Part shown: positions 8,956-18,476 of the stretch, piece after piece | Position numbering within the stretch: the stretch's first letter is position 1 | How the letters are laid out: the number at the start of each line of letters is the position of its first letter | Assembly: GCA_963793865.1 (NCBI GenBank) | Contig: CAWCBP010000014.1 | Location: forward strand, 64,001 to 128,000 | DNA length: 64,000 nucleotides | Source: an uncultured delta proteobacterium | GTDB taxonomy: Bacteria > Desulfobacterota > WTBG01 | Reading direction: 5' to 3' | Translations under genes and position numbers: made by a program | Notes under the pieces: generated by a model | The model's database searches: none | What the model saw: the letters and a program-made list of their open reading frames with translations, nothing else | What the model was told of the DNA's origin: nothing

Positions 8956-10209
8956 ATGAGAAAGAGGTATGATGTGATTATTTGTTTAGCAGTGCTTATA
9001 GTGAGCATGCTGACTATCAGCGTACAGGCCTCTGATGTTAACGCCCTCCGGTCTGTCAATGGGCGCCTGTGTGCCGCGGGAGAGCTACTGGTTAAATTCA
9101 AGGACACTGTGGCACTGCAGGAGGCGGATGCGGTGCACCGGACGTTAAAGGCGAGAGAATGGAAGCAGGGCTATAATAAAAAATATCAGCTTGTTTCGTT
9201 CGCGCCGGGCAGAGAAAGCGAGATGGCCCAGGCTTATAAAAGGCGGCCCGAGGTTGCCTATGCGGAACCCAATTACTATGCAACGACCTGCGCCATACCC
9301 AACGACGAATATTATCCGTTGCAATGGAATTTTCCTTTGATCAATCTGCCTGATGCCTGGGATATAAGTACCGGAGAGGGTGTGGTGGTTGCGGTAGTTG
9401 ATACCGGCATCAATCCTTTCGGCCGGGATAGTTTTGGCCCCCTGTCCGGTGACAGGCTTATGCTGGGGTTTAATGCCATTGCGGGTACCCGCGGCGGGAT
9501 AGATTTCAACCAGCATGGAACCCATGTGGCAGGCACCATTGGCCAGGAAACGGACAACGGAACCGGCGTAGCGGGCATTGCTTATAATGCCCGGATCCTG
9601 CCGGTCAAGTCCCTCTCTTTTCTGGGAGGCGGATTCTATAGCTGGATTATTAATGGGATACGCTGGGCGACCGACAACGGTGCGGTCGTGATAAACCTAA
9701 GTTTGGGATCCGGATCCTATTCCCGCCTGCTGGAAGAAGCCATTGACTATGCCTACGAAAGAGGCGTAACTGTGGTGGCTGCCGCGGGCAATGACGGCAC
9801 GGACGAAGTACTCTATCCCGCGGCACTGGAGCACTGCATAGCGGTGGGCGCCGTCCGCTATGACAAGCAGCTGGCCTCTTATTCCAATTACGGCACTGCA
9901 CTTGATCTGGTCGCTCCCGGCGGCGACCTGGACGTGGATCAAAACGGTGACGGCTATGATGACGGCATTCTGCAGGAGACCTTCTGGTCTTTAGGCATTG
10001 GCTGGGGGTACTGGTTTTCGACCGGGACGTCCATGGCATGTCCCCACGTGGCCGGCGTGGCAGCCCTGGTCAAAGCAATCCACCCCGAGTACGGGCCCGA
10101 TGACATCAGGCAGGTTCTGCAGGATACAGCCGAAGATCTGGGCGCACCCGGATGGGATGAACGTTACGGGTATGGGCTGATCGATGCGTATGCGGCCGCC
10201 AGCTATTAG
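8956..10209 (+). CDS. Secreted subtilisin-family (S8) serine peptidase with prodomain
   Basis: VAVVDTG, HGTHVAG, AAAGN, GTSMACPHVAG; signal peptide after an AAGGA RBS. Confidence 0.95.
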   Translation: MRKRYDVIICLAVLIVSMLTISVQASDVNALRSVNGRLCAAGELLVKFKDTVALQEADAVHRTLKAREWKQGYNKKYQLVSFAPGRESEMAQAYKRRPEVAYAEPNYYATTCAIPNDEYYPLQWNFPLINLPDAWDISTGEGVVVAVVDTGINPFGRDSFGPLSGDRLMLGFNAIAGTRGGIDFNQHGTHVAGTIGQETDNGTGVAGIAYNARILPVKSLSFLGGGFYSWIINGIRWATDNGAVVINLSLGSGSYSRLLEEAIDYAYERGVTVVAAAGNDGTDEVLYPAALEHCIAVGAVRYDKQLASYSNYGTALDLVAPGGDLDVDQNGDGYDDGILQETFWSLGIGWGYWFSTGTSMACPHVAGVAALVKAIHPEYGPDDIRQVLQDTAEDLGAPGWDERYGYGLIDAYAAASY

Positions 10210-10270
10210 CAGGCTGTTCAAAACACCCATCCCCTGAGTTATGCTCATCCTTCGTCATTGCGGCGTACCG
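10210..10270. mobile_element. Truncated MITE-like copy directly after a TAG stop
   Basis: caggctgttcaaaacacccat...gctcatccttcgtcattgcggcgtaccg aligns with the 55054 element. Confidence 0.7.
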
Positions 10271-10292
10271 GAAAAACAATTCGCGGATACAC

Positions 10293-10685
10293 ATGCGTAA
10301 AATTTTCTTAATCTTGTTGCTTATCCTTTTTGCAGCACTTACTCCCTGTTTTGCCCGGGCAATCAACTCCGGGCCGCATTCCGCCGGCAACACCCTGTGG
10401 AAGCTCTTCCCGCAGAATATATACTTCGGGTTTGCGGACGGAGTGGTCTATACATGCGACGAATCGCTCACCGAATGCGAGCCTGCCGATGACTCCTTCT
10501 ACAGCGATTTTTTTATTTTTACCCTCTTCTATGTTCCCATCCGGGAAGATTACACCGGATTCATGTTCGGTTTTATACCCGCGGTTGGCTGGCGCGGCAG
10601 GATGATTGTTTATAATATTCCTCTCCGCTATACGCTGCGCGGCGTCCTGCTGCTGGCGAACGATGCCTGGAATCCCCCCGAATGA
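10293..10685 (+). CDS. Hypothetical exported protein (130 aa, aromatic-rich, Cys pair)
   Basis: Signal peptide MRKIFLILLLILFAA; co-oriented between two S8 genes. Confidence 0.7.
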   Translation: MRKIFLILLLILFAALTPCFARAINSGPHSAGNTLWKLFPQNIYFGFADGVVYTCDESLTECEPADDSFYSDFFIFTLFYVPIREDYTGFMFGFIPAVGWRGRMIVYNIPLRYTLRGVLLLANDAWNPPE

Positions 10686-10706
10686 TAGTTTTTGTGGTAA
10701 ACATAA

Positions 10707-10750
10707 AGATTGCTTCGTTGTCCCGCTCAAGCGGGACTCCTCGCAACGAC
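10707..10750. repeat. Palindromic REP-like element (inverse of 4944-4986)
   Basis: Reverse complement gtcgttgcgaggagtcccgcttgagcgggacaacgaagcaatct. Confidence 0.75.
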
Positions 10751-10808
10751 GGGTTTATTTGTTCTAAAAGGTTGTTTCAAGGACATAATACTAAAGAGTT
10801 AGATACAC

Positions 10809-12206
10809 ATGAGAAAGGTAATCCTAAATAGTACCCTTATTGTCTTGCTTCTCTGCAGCGCTCACGCGTCAGCCGGGCAGATCGCGCCGCCATTACTGCA
10901 ATCCATTTCCTCGCAGGGCTCAACCTCCATGATACCGGTCATGGTGCGGATGGCCGAAAGGCCGGCAGTGTCCATGACAGGTGAAGGGGAGGACAGGGAC
11001 GGCAGGGCATCGCGGTCGAGGAAGGTCATCGAGCTGCGCAGGCAAGCCGCCATGAGAAGCCAGCGGAGCATTATTGAACTGATCAGGCGGGAACAGGCGA
11101 AAGGCCGGGTATCACAGTATAAGCCGTTCTGGATCTGCAACGGGATTGCGATGAAAGCGGTTCCCGGGGTGATCAGGGCCATAGCTGCGCGGGCAGATGT
11201 GGAGATGGTGCTTGAGGATTACCCCCTTCCGGTTCCGTCTTTTCTGCCCGCCGAGCCGTTGCAGTCGGACGCTCTTTATACCTGGAACATCGAGAAGGTG
11301 AGGGCCCCGGAGGTGTGGGGAAAAGGATATGACGGGGCGGGCGTGGTGGTTGGAATCTTTGACACCGGTGTTGATGGCACGCATCCCGACCTTGCTGAAA
11401 AATTCCGCGGCGGCGCCAACAGCTGGCTTGATCCCCACGGGGAACATGACGTTCCCGTGGACTCGGCAGGTTCGGTAACCGGCCACGGCACGCATGTCGC
11501 GGGCATTATTCTGGGGGGTGATGAAAGCGGCACGCATATCGGGGTGGCGCCGGGGGCGCAATGGATTGCGGCGCGCATATGGAACGATGCCGGTGATCCT
11601 GCGTTAAGCTCGGATGTGCACGAAATTTTTCAGTGGTTCATGGATCCCGACGGGGAGCCGCTCACCGATGATGCACCCGATGTGGTGAACTGCTCCTGGG
11701 GATTCACATTGCTTGACGCCTTTCCCTGGTGTCTTGAAGAACTGCGCGATGACATCACGGCGTGGAGACTGGCCGGTATCATCCCCGTTTTCTCTGCAGG
11801 CAATGCGGGGCCTCGGTTTTTCTCCGGGGAAAGCCCGGGCAATTACCCGGAAACCATCGCAGTTGGCGCGACCACACCATTCGACACGGTGGCGTCGTTC
11901 AGCAGCCGGGGGCCGGGAAACTGCGACCGGAAGATTTTCCCGGATATGGCGGCGCCCGGTCTTGCGGTTGTGTCATCCGCTCCCCGGGGTCTGTACGCGG
12001 CAATTTCCGGCACCTCCCAGGCGGCGCCTCACGTGACCGGAATTATTGCCCTCATGCTTGATGCCCGGCCGGACCTCAGCGTGGATGAGGTGGAATCCGT
12101 CCTTAAAAAAACGGCACGCCGCATAAGCATTATGCATCCCAACTTCTCATCAGGCTGGGGCCGGGTCGATGCGCTTAAGGCGGTGAACGCCCTACTTCCC
12201 CGATAG
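10809..12206 (+). CDS. Secreted S8 peptidase, bacillopeptidase-F-like catalytic domain
   Basis: IFDTGVD, HGTHVAG, VVNCSWG, FSAGN, GTSQAAPHV. Confidence 0.93.
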   Translation: MRKVILNSTLIVLLLCSAHASAGQIAPPLLQSISSQGSTSMIPVMVRMAERPAVSMTGEGEDRDGRASRSRKVIELRRQAAMRSQRSIIELIRREQAKGRVSQYKPFWICNGIAMKAVPGVIRAIAARADVEMVLEDYPLPVPSFLPAEPLQSDALYTWNIEKVRAPEVWGKGYDGAGVVVGIFDTGVDGTHPDLAEKFRGGANSWLDPHGEHDVPVDSAGSVTGHGTHVAGIILGGDESGTHIGVAPGAQWIAARIWNDAGDPALSSDVHEIFQWFMDPDGEPLTDDAPDVVNCSWGFTLLDAFPWCLEELRDDITAWRLAGIIPVFSAGNAGPRFFSGESPGNYPETIAVGATTPFDTVASFSSRGPGNCDRKIFPDMAAPGLAVVSSAPRGLYAAISGTSQAAPHVTGIIALMLDARPDLSVDEVESVLKKTARRISIMHPNFSSGWGRVDALKAVNALLPR

Positions 12207-12406
12207 CTCTTACAGCGCCTGAAAGGGATTAATCGTATCACTTGATCCATCAGGTGATCATTTTGACAAAATCATCCGTGATTGCGCGCAGGACCGGCAA
12301 ACAGGATTCTTTGCTCCATTCCCGGCGGGAAAATTGTGCTGTTAAATTATCCCCGGTTCTGATAGAGTGAATAACAGCGTAAGCATTGCAGCTGAAGGAG
12401 GTTTGT

Positions 12407-12841
12407 ATGCGGGAGATGAGCAGAAAGGAGATGCTTGATTTCATTGCCGAATGGAAGTGGGGCACGGTCATCGGGGTGGAGGGCGACAGGCCCTATGCCA
12501 TAGAGGTTGCCTATGCGAGTGATGATACATACCTTTACTGCGGTTCGCGGCCGGGGGGACGGATGGCGCAGTGCATAAAGGCAAACGCGAACGCCGCTTT
12601 CAAAATCTGCGACTCCGATCCCGACCACAGAAAATGGCGCGCGGTCATCGTTGAAGGGAAAGCCGAGCGTTTGACGGAAAAAAAGGATGTGCTCTATTTT
12701 GTAAGGCTGCTGGCAAAAAAGATGGGGCGCCCCGAGCATTCCTTCGACGCCCTGGCTGATAAGATAACCTTGCATCCCGAGACCTCAAATACGCTGAGGT
12801 TGCCTCTCACGGTTATAAGCGGCAAAACCAATTGGCCGTAG
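12407..12841 (+). CDS. Pyridoxamine 5'-phosphate oxidase-like (NimA-type split-barrel flavin-binding) protein
   Basis: PYAIEVAY, GRM..IKAN, WRAVIVEG, ISGK; AAGGAGG RBS. Confidence 0.8.
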   Translation: MREMSRKEMLDFIAEWKWGTVIGVEGDRPYAIEVAYASDDTYLYCGSRPGGRMAQCIKANANAAFKICDSDPDHRKWRAVIVEGKAERLTEKKDVLYFVRLLAKKMGRPEHSFDALADKITLHPETSNTLRLPLTVISGKTNWP

Positions 12842-12909
12842 TCAGGATGGCCATAGAGTCCGGCAGAGTACAGTTAATTATTCATTTCCAAACATCGTAA
12901 GGAGGATAT

Positions 12910-13389
12910 ATGAGCGAGAAAGAACAAAAAGGCATGCCCTGGGAGCAGCAGAGGGAACTTCTCATCAACATGAACGCGCTCAAGCTCCCGCTTCTGCACC
13001 AGAGCCTGATTGAGACCTACGGGGAAAAGAAAGGCAATGAGATTTATGAAGAAGTGTTTGAAACCAACTACAAGAAAAGGTCGAAGCAATTTGAGGGAAA
13101 AGATGTCGGCGATATTATGATGGCCGAGGTGAACATGTTTCCGGCGATGGGCTGGGAGCTGTGGGTTGAGAAGAAAGAGGAAAACAATGAGCCCGTCTGG
13201 TTTGAACATTTGAGCAAATGCCCCCACCTGGATGCCACCCGGAAACGGAATCTCCCGCTGCCCTGCGGGATTATCTGCGACATGGATGTGAAAATGGCCA
13301 CAAAGCACAAGCTGGGCAGTTGGAAGCGGCTGAAGCACATGCCGTCAGGTGACAGCGAATGTCTGTTCCAGATCAAGCGGTATAAATAA
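12910..13389 (+). CDS. ATC-hydrolase-like (V4R/H-NOX-like fold) protein
   Basis: CP..., C..ICDMD and GDSECLF pattern; strong GGAGG RBS. Confidence 0.65.
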   Translation: MSEKEQKGMPWEQQRELLINMNALKLPLLHQSLIETYGEKKGNEIYEEVFETNYKKRSKQFEGKDVGDIMMAEVNMFPAMGWELWVEKKEENNEPVWFEHLSKCPHLDATRKRNLPLPCGIICDMDVKMATKHKLGSWKRLKHMPSGDSECLFQIKRYK

Positions 13390-13418
13390 AACCCTGAATG
13401 GAAATCAGACCAGCAGTT

Positions 13419-13454
13419 AAAAAGCCTCCCGGCCGTTCAGCCGGGAGGCTTTTT
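13419..13454. terminator. Bidirectional rho-independent terminator
   Basis: aaaaagcctcccgg-loop-ccgggaggcttttt between convergent genes. Confidence 0.9.
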
Positions 13455-13477
13455 GCAATCAAAGAACGATCCCTCGT

Positions 13478-16135
13478 TCAGGGATACGCGCAGTAGTCAT
13501 CCGTTTCACAGTTTGAAGGACATGCCTGGCTTAATGTGCTCCTGCCGAAATCTGATTTAAACAGCGCCGCGTCAGATCCGTCAACGTTTCCGTTGCAGGT
13601 AAAATCGCCGTTGCAAGGGTCATCATTGGTACAGGGTCGCTTGTAGCCACTTCTGCCGAAATCAGCTTTGAAAATGGCCGCGTCAAGGCCATCCTGATCC
13701 GCATCACAATCAAAATTGCCTTCGCAGAAAATGTTGTCAATACTGTCCTGAAGCAGCTTGTTGACATATCCCTGGTTGTGAATACCCCAGCTGCGGTCAT
13801 TTAAGACAAGCTTGTAATTGGTGTAGGCATGCTCCAGAGCACCATCGGGGTCATCCAGGAACGGCAACGTCCCTCCCTTGTGGCAGCGGGCGCAGCTCCC
13901 CGGTTGGTTGGCAGGGAGAAAGTCGTGATTTTCTCCTTTGAGCATGTTCGAGAGGGTGGTTAATTTCGCTTTTATGGCTGTCTGTTTTCCGTTTCTATCG
14001 AAATCAGTTACCCCCGGATGGCAGCCCTGGCATACGGCGATGTTGAGGATGTCATCGGCGGTTTCAGGCACCTGGTCATCCCCGTAATCCCGCATGCGCA
14101 TGGTGTGGCCGCCGATCTTCCGCACCCCGTTTTCATCATTTGCCGTCACTGAGGTGTCCATATGACAGAGGACGCACTTCTCAGCGGTGCGGTGAGGATT
14201 ACTTGCCCCCAGATAAGGGGTGTAGTTCTCCCCCGGGTAGTGGTAGGCGTTCTCAAATTCCCCTCCCAACCCTTCCAGAATGGCATTCTGCCACTTCTCG
14301 TAGTGACAGGTATCGCAGGCGGTTCCCGTGCTTCCCGTCCGTAACCCGTAAGGGTTCCCGGTATCAGCATCGTGGGGATCGTGGCAGACCGAGCAGGACA
14401 CGTTGGGGGTGTCCTTGGGCACCACCGAGAGAGGCGTGAAGGGGAAGTAGGAAAAGTCGTGAAAGGGTTTTGCCGTCTGCTCAACCGCACCGATGTACCC
14501 TTGGGTGTAATGGCATTTGTAGCAGCTGGTGAGCCTTCCCTCGGAGGGTTCAAAATAGCCGAAGGGAAGCGGGTCGGAATGATTGGCCTTCTGCAGCTCG
14601 GCAAATTCCAGGTGGCACTGCCCGCACACCCCCGACCAGTTGCTGGACGAGAGCTTGTTATTGGAAGGATCGGTAACGTGCACGCTTCCCGGCCCATGAC
14701 AGCTCTGACATCCCGTGCCAACGCTTGCATGGGTGGTATTTGCGTATCCGGGGACGCTGTGACAGGCGGTGCAGGCTGTTGCGGTTGTGTTGGCAACCGT
14801 AATTTTCACATTCGAAGGAGCGCTGACCATTGCCTCGTCATCGGTTACCGTCAGGCTGGCGGTAAAGTAATCCCCTGCCGGGGTGCCGCCGGGTATGGTA
14901 AATGAGACATTTTCTGACGTGGACGAGGGGGTGAGCAGGTAGGTGAGATCGGTATTGTTCTTGTCTTTCAGGGTCCAGCTGTAATCAAACACTGAGGCGC
15001 TGAAATTGCCGTTTTTGTTCTCATAGATGTCAAAACAGGGGGCATCGGGGTTGAACTCTATGGGAGAGGGAAGATTGATATCGATGCCGAATCCCCTGAG
15101 GTAGACGGTGGAATCCGGGAGCACAAAAGAGGTGCCGGCGGTGGAGGTATTGACCTGATTGTTATAGATATAGGGAAGTTCCGATGGTCCCGGGATGACC
15201 GAGGCAACCGCCTCGGGTGCGACATTTACCGCACTAAAGCTGACGCTGCTGCTGGCAACGACACCGGCACTGTCATCAACAAAGAGCTTTAAGGTGTAAT
15301 TGCCGCTGGCAGGAATGATAAAGTAGTATACCTTGCTTTCACCCAGGTAATATTCTTGTCCTATGGGAACAGACCCTGGCGGGACTTCCGCTTTCAACCA
15401 GAAAAAGTTCACCGCGCCAGTGCTCCCCCTGCCGTCACAATAGACACTCTTGCCCTTGTAAGTCGGGAGTGGCAGCGGATCACCGCTATAGCTCTTTCTC
15501 AGTATAAAGGATGCGGTAGCGGCGGAACTCCCCTGCAGGGTCAAGGTGAAGTTCTGCACCAGGGTTTCTCCCGCCACTGGCGCTACATCAACCATGTTTT
15601 TTATATAGTCGTCCGCCAAGGCAACAAGCTTGTAGTTGCCTTCATTTACATTGTCCAATGAATAAAGTCCATCTATGTCAGTCACCGTAGACTGCTTGGC
15701 CACAAAATACGTCGACACCCCGTCACTTTCATAATTGCCCAGGATAACCACAACATCTGCCATGGGAGATGTGCCGTCGGTTATGATTCCTGAAATACCG
15801 GATTCCTGCTTCATGGGGACAGCGGCGACCGTTTCCTGGTCAGCCTCAACCGTGATAAAACCCACCGCTTGCTTGATATAGCCATCGGCTTCAACGTCAA
15901 CCTGGTAGTTGCGCGACGGGGTGACCGGATCCAGCACAAATTCTCCGTTGAAATCGGTGGTGCCGCCGTCATCGCAGGGGGTGATCAGAACCTGCGCCCC
16001 CGCAATCGGCGCCTCCGAATAGAAATCCTTCACCACCACCTTAATCGACCCCATGGGATCCTGCGCCATCGCGCTGCTGACCAAGGTGAAAAGAAGAAGT
16101 GTTATTGCTGCGATGATGTTGCCCTTTCCCCCCAT
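13478..16135 (-). CDS. Secreted multiheme cytochrome c (9 CxxCH) with N-terminal beta-sandwich domains and a C-terminal dockerin/EF-hand-like repeat
   Basis: Signal peptide; two carboxypeptidase-regulatory-like repeats; CTACH, CQSCH, CGQCH, CYKCH, CSVCH, CDTCH, CVLCH, CQGCH, CARCH; tail C.G.F.C....DG.DAA.FK.DFGRS twice. Confidence 0.9.
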   Translation of the reverse strand: MGGKGNIIAAITLLLFTLVSSAMAQDPMGSIKVVVKDFYSEAPIAGAQVLITPCDDGGTTDFNGEFVLDPVTPSRNYQVDVEADGYIKQAVGFITVEADQETVAAVPMKQESGISGIITDGTSPMADVVVILGNYESDGVSTYFVAKQSTVTDIDGLYSLDNVNEGNYKLVALADDYIKNMVDVAPVAGETLVQNFTLTLQGSSAATASFILRKSYSGDPLPLPTYKGKSVYCDGRGSTGAVNFFWLKAEVPPGSVPIGQEYYLGESKVYYFIIPASGNYTLKLFVDDSAGVVASSSVSFSAVNVAPEAVASVIPGPSELPYIYNNQVNTSTAGTSFVLPDSTVYLRGFGIDINLPSPIEFNPDAPCFDIYENKNGNFSASVFDYSWTLKDKNNTDLTYLLTPSSTSENVSFTIPGGTPAGDYFTASLTVTDDEAMVSAPSNVKITVANTTATACTACHSVPGYANTTHASVGTGCQSCHGPGSVHVTDPSNNKLSSSNWSGVCGQCHLEFAELQKANHSDPLPFGYFEPSEGRLTSCYKCHYTQGYIGAVEQTAKPFHDFSYFPFTPLSVVPKDTPNVSCSVCHDPHDADTGNPYGLRTGSTGTACDTCHYEKWQNAILEGLGGEFENAYHYPGENYTPYLGASNPHRTAEKCVLCHMDTSVTANDENGVRKIGGHTMRMRDYGDDQVPETADDILNIAVCQGCHPGVTDFDRNGKQTAIKAKLTTLSNMLKGENHDFLPANQPGSCARCHKGGTLPFLDDPDGALEHAYTNYKLVLNDRSWGIHNQGYVNKLLQDSIDNIFCEGNFDCDADQDGLDAAIFKADFGRSGYKRPCTNDDPCNGDFTCNGNVDGSDAALFKSDFGRSTLSQACPSNCETDDYCAYP

Positions 16136-16256
16136 CTTGAACCTCCTTTTGCTTGCTGGTTACAAAGATCCTTTGCTCGTGGGTATCAAGAAAACATCGT
16201 AAAAATTGAGCACACAATTCGCATAAGATTATTTTAACAGATTGGCTTATTTACGC

Positions 16257-16272
16257 TATGACTTAAGTCATA
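16257..16272. promoter_or_regulatory. Perfect 16-bp palindrome, candidate operator
   Basis: TATGACTTAAGTCATA in the AT-rich divergent intergenic region. Confidence 0.55.
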
Positions 16273-16623
16273 AAAAAACAGCGCAGTTCATATTAACAAA
16301 GCAGAACGGGGTGCTGATATAAAAAATATCGATAATTCAAATTGTTAAAATCAAATTCATTTAATTTGTATTTCAATTATAATACAAATAATGGTCTTTA
16401 TCAATTAAAAAATGGGCATTTTAAAATAAAAGACGGCTCATCAAACATATAATGATTAAGCGATCCCCCCGAAAGTCCACTTTCCCGCGAAAATTGCTTT
16501 TGATGAACAACAATAATACGTCAGATAGTTAAACTTCTTAGCGGTAAGAGAACGATTCGTTCTTGACAAACAAGCCTACAATAGACTAGTAATTAATGAC
16601 TTTGTTTTTACAGGAGGATAAAA

Positions 16624-17598
16624 ATGACTGATTACAAGGCATTAACCGATATTCTTGTGACCAAGGGGAAAGTTCGGGGAAAACCGGTTGCGGTCAGTTT
16701 ATTTAAGGACAGTATACCTCCGGGATATGAGCCCATCCAGGACACCCCGTGCTCCATCATTCACTATGCCATGGATGAGGGCAGGAAGGTCTATTTTGAT
16801 GCCGACCACCACGACTGCCTGGTTGGTGTCCACCATGCCGGCATTGTTCCCGGCACCCAGGAAATCGTCAATGGCGAATACCTCTCCAAAACCAGCACTT
16901 TCTTCACCTATGAAGGAGCCGCGCGGCTTAAATCGGGTTCTTTTATGCTTCCCCCCCGCATGATAAAAGCAATCGGCGCGGCTCCCCTGGATGAGGTGCC
17001 GGAAGGTGTCGCGGTGGACTGGGTGGTTGCGGTGTGCAATCCTCACAATGCCAACAACATCGCGGGATGCCGGGTCTGCAGGGAAGGTATTCTTCCCCAC
17101 GCGGAAATCGCCAACTCCCTCTGCTCCACCCTATTTGCCACCCCCTGGCACGTGAAGAATGTTGTGTTTGCCACGGGGGATTTCGGCGGGCGGATGCACA
17201 ACCGGATGAAGCAGGACCAGGTTTTTGTCATTATCCCCGACCAGTTTCTGCATTACGTCCCCCTGCTGCTCAATGATATGAAGGTCGATGTGAAGGAAAG
17301 CCGGAAGATGACCAAGCCGGCGCATTCGAGCTTCTGGAAGGATGATGGCGGCGCAAAAGAAGACAAGGCTTCGGGAACTTCTCCCGGGGATGCCGAAGAG
17401 GCGCCGGCCGTCACCTTTACCATGGAATGGGATGACGAGGCGCGGGAGATGATGAAGAAGGTCCCCGAGGGCATTATGGAAATGGCCATTGGAAACTCAG
17501 AGGAATTCGCCCGGCAGAAAGGCTATCCGAAGGTTTCAAAAAAATCCATCCAGGAGCTCATGGAAAGCCTGGGCATGAACCTGGATGATATGCTGTGA
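16624..17598 (+). CDS. DUF169-family protein fused to a C-terminal PCP_red (BchB C-terminal-like) domain
   Basis: KPVAVSL, PC, DCLVG, SLCS, GGRMH pattern; tail MEWDDEAREMMKKVP...EEFARQKG. Confidence 0.75.
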   Translation: MTDYKALTDILVTKGKVRGKPVAVSLFKDSIPPGYEPIQDTPCSIIHYAMDEGRKVYFDADHHDCLVGVHHAGIVPGTQEIVNGEYLSKTSTFFTYEGAARLKSGSFMLPPRMIKAIGAAPLDEVPEGVAVDWVVAVCNPHNANNIAGCRVCREGILPHAEIANSLCSTLFATPWHVKNVVFATGDFGGRMHNRMKQDQVFVIIPDQFLHYVPLLLNDMKVDVKESRKMTKPAHSSFWKDDGGAKEDKASGTSPGDAEEAPAVTFTMEWDDEAREMMKKVPEGIMEMAIGNSEEFARQKGYPKVSKKSIQELMESLGMNLDDML

Positions 17599-17607
17599 GA
17601 GGGAAAA

Positions 17608-17744
17608 GATGCAGGATACAGGATACACGATGCAGGTTGCATGCGGCATTCTCCTGTAAAAAGCATTGTGGCTGCTGAATCCGGCATCACGTATCAAAAA
17701 GGTTTTCTCCGCTATCGTGCATCCTGTATCGTGTATCATGCATC
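17608..17744. repeat. Inverted arrays of 7-bp tandem repeats (GATRCAG-like)
   Basis: gatgcag gatacag gatacac gatgcag ... gtgcatc ctgtatc gtgtatc atgcatc. Confidence 0.8.
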
Positions 17745-17765
17745 GATCCCCAAAGGAGGTTTTAT

Positions 17766-18449
17766 ATGAGCAAGAATAAGCAGTATGCGAAGCAGCTGAA
17801 AGAAATGGAGGGGTATGAGCGGAAAATCATCGCCTTTAAGCTCTGTGACGAGGTTCCGGAGCATGTCGAATTTTATGGAGACGATTTTTCGTTCTACTGC
17901 GCCATCATCGCTGAAATCTGGGAGGGACGCAAGCCCTTCTACATCACCAACAAGAACATCATGTGCGGCGGGGCGGTGTATTCCGGTCTCGGGGTGAAGC
18001 GGATGACCAAGGAAGACTTCGACCTGGGCATGTCCCAGACCATCGGCGAGAACAAGGCCTATTCCACCAGGGAGGTAATGCGCCGGGTCAACCAGCAGAT
18101 TCCCCATCATTTCGTGCACCATAAATACCAGATTGTCGGTGCCCTTGAGGATATGGAGGATCCGGATGTGGTGATGGTTGTGGCCGACGCCAACAGAGTG
18201 ATGCGGTTGTGCAAGGTGTATACCTGGAAGACCGGCGAGCTGGTGCATGGCCTGTCGGGAACCGCCTGGTGCACCAATTCGTTTCCCCTGGTCTACCGGA
18301 CCAAGACCATGACCTTCAACATGGGAGACCCGCCTTCGCGGCACCTTATGAAACTGGCGCCGGGAGAGATGTTCTGTTTTATCCATTATGATCTGCTGCC
18401 CCTTATTGTTGACAACTTTAAGAATATCTCGGACGGGGATGTGCTTTAA
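17766..18449 (+). CDS. DUF169-family protein
   Basis: IIAFKL, FYC, MCGGA, PDVVMV, AWC, GDPPSR, EMF motifs; AAGGAGG RBS. Confidence 0.8.
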   Translation: MSKNKQYAKQLKEMEGYERKIIAFKLCDEVPEHVEFYGDDFSFYCAIIAEIWEGRKPFYITNKNIMCGGAVYSGLGVKRMTKEDFDLGMSQTIGENKAYSTREVMRRVNQQIPHHFVHHKYQIVGALEDMEDPDVVMVVADANRVMRLCKVYTWKTGELVHGLSGTAWCTNSFPLVYRTKTMTFNMGDPPSRHLMKLAPGEMFCFIHYDLLPLIVDNFKNISDGDVL

Positions 18450-18476
18450 TTCATCGGGTACAAGGGAGAATGCACC

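Noticed and set aside
17608..17744. CRISPR array at the tandem repeats
   Set aside because: Units are 7 bp with no unique spacers, and there are no cas genes in the window.
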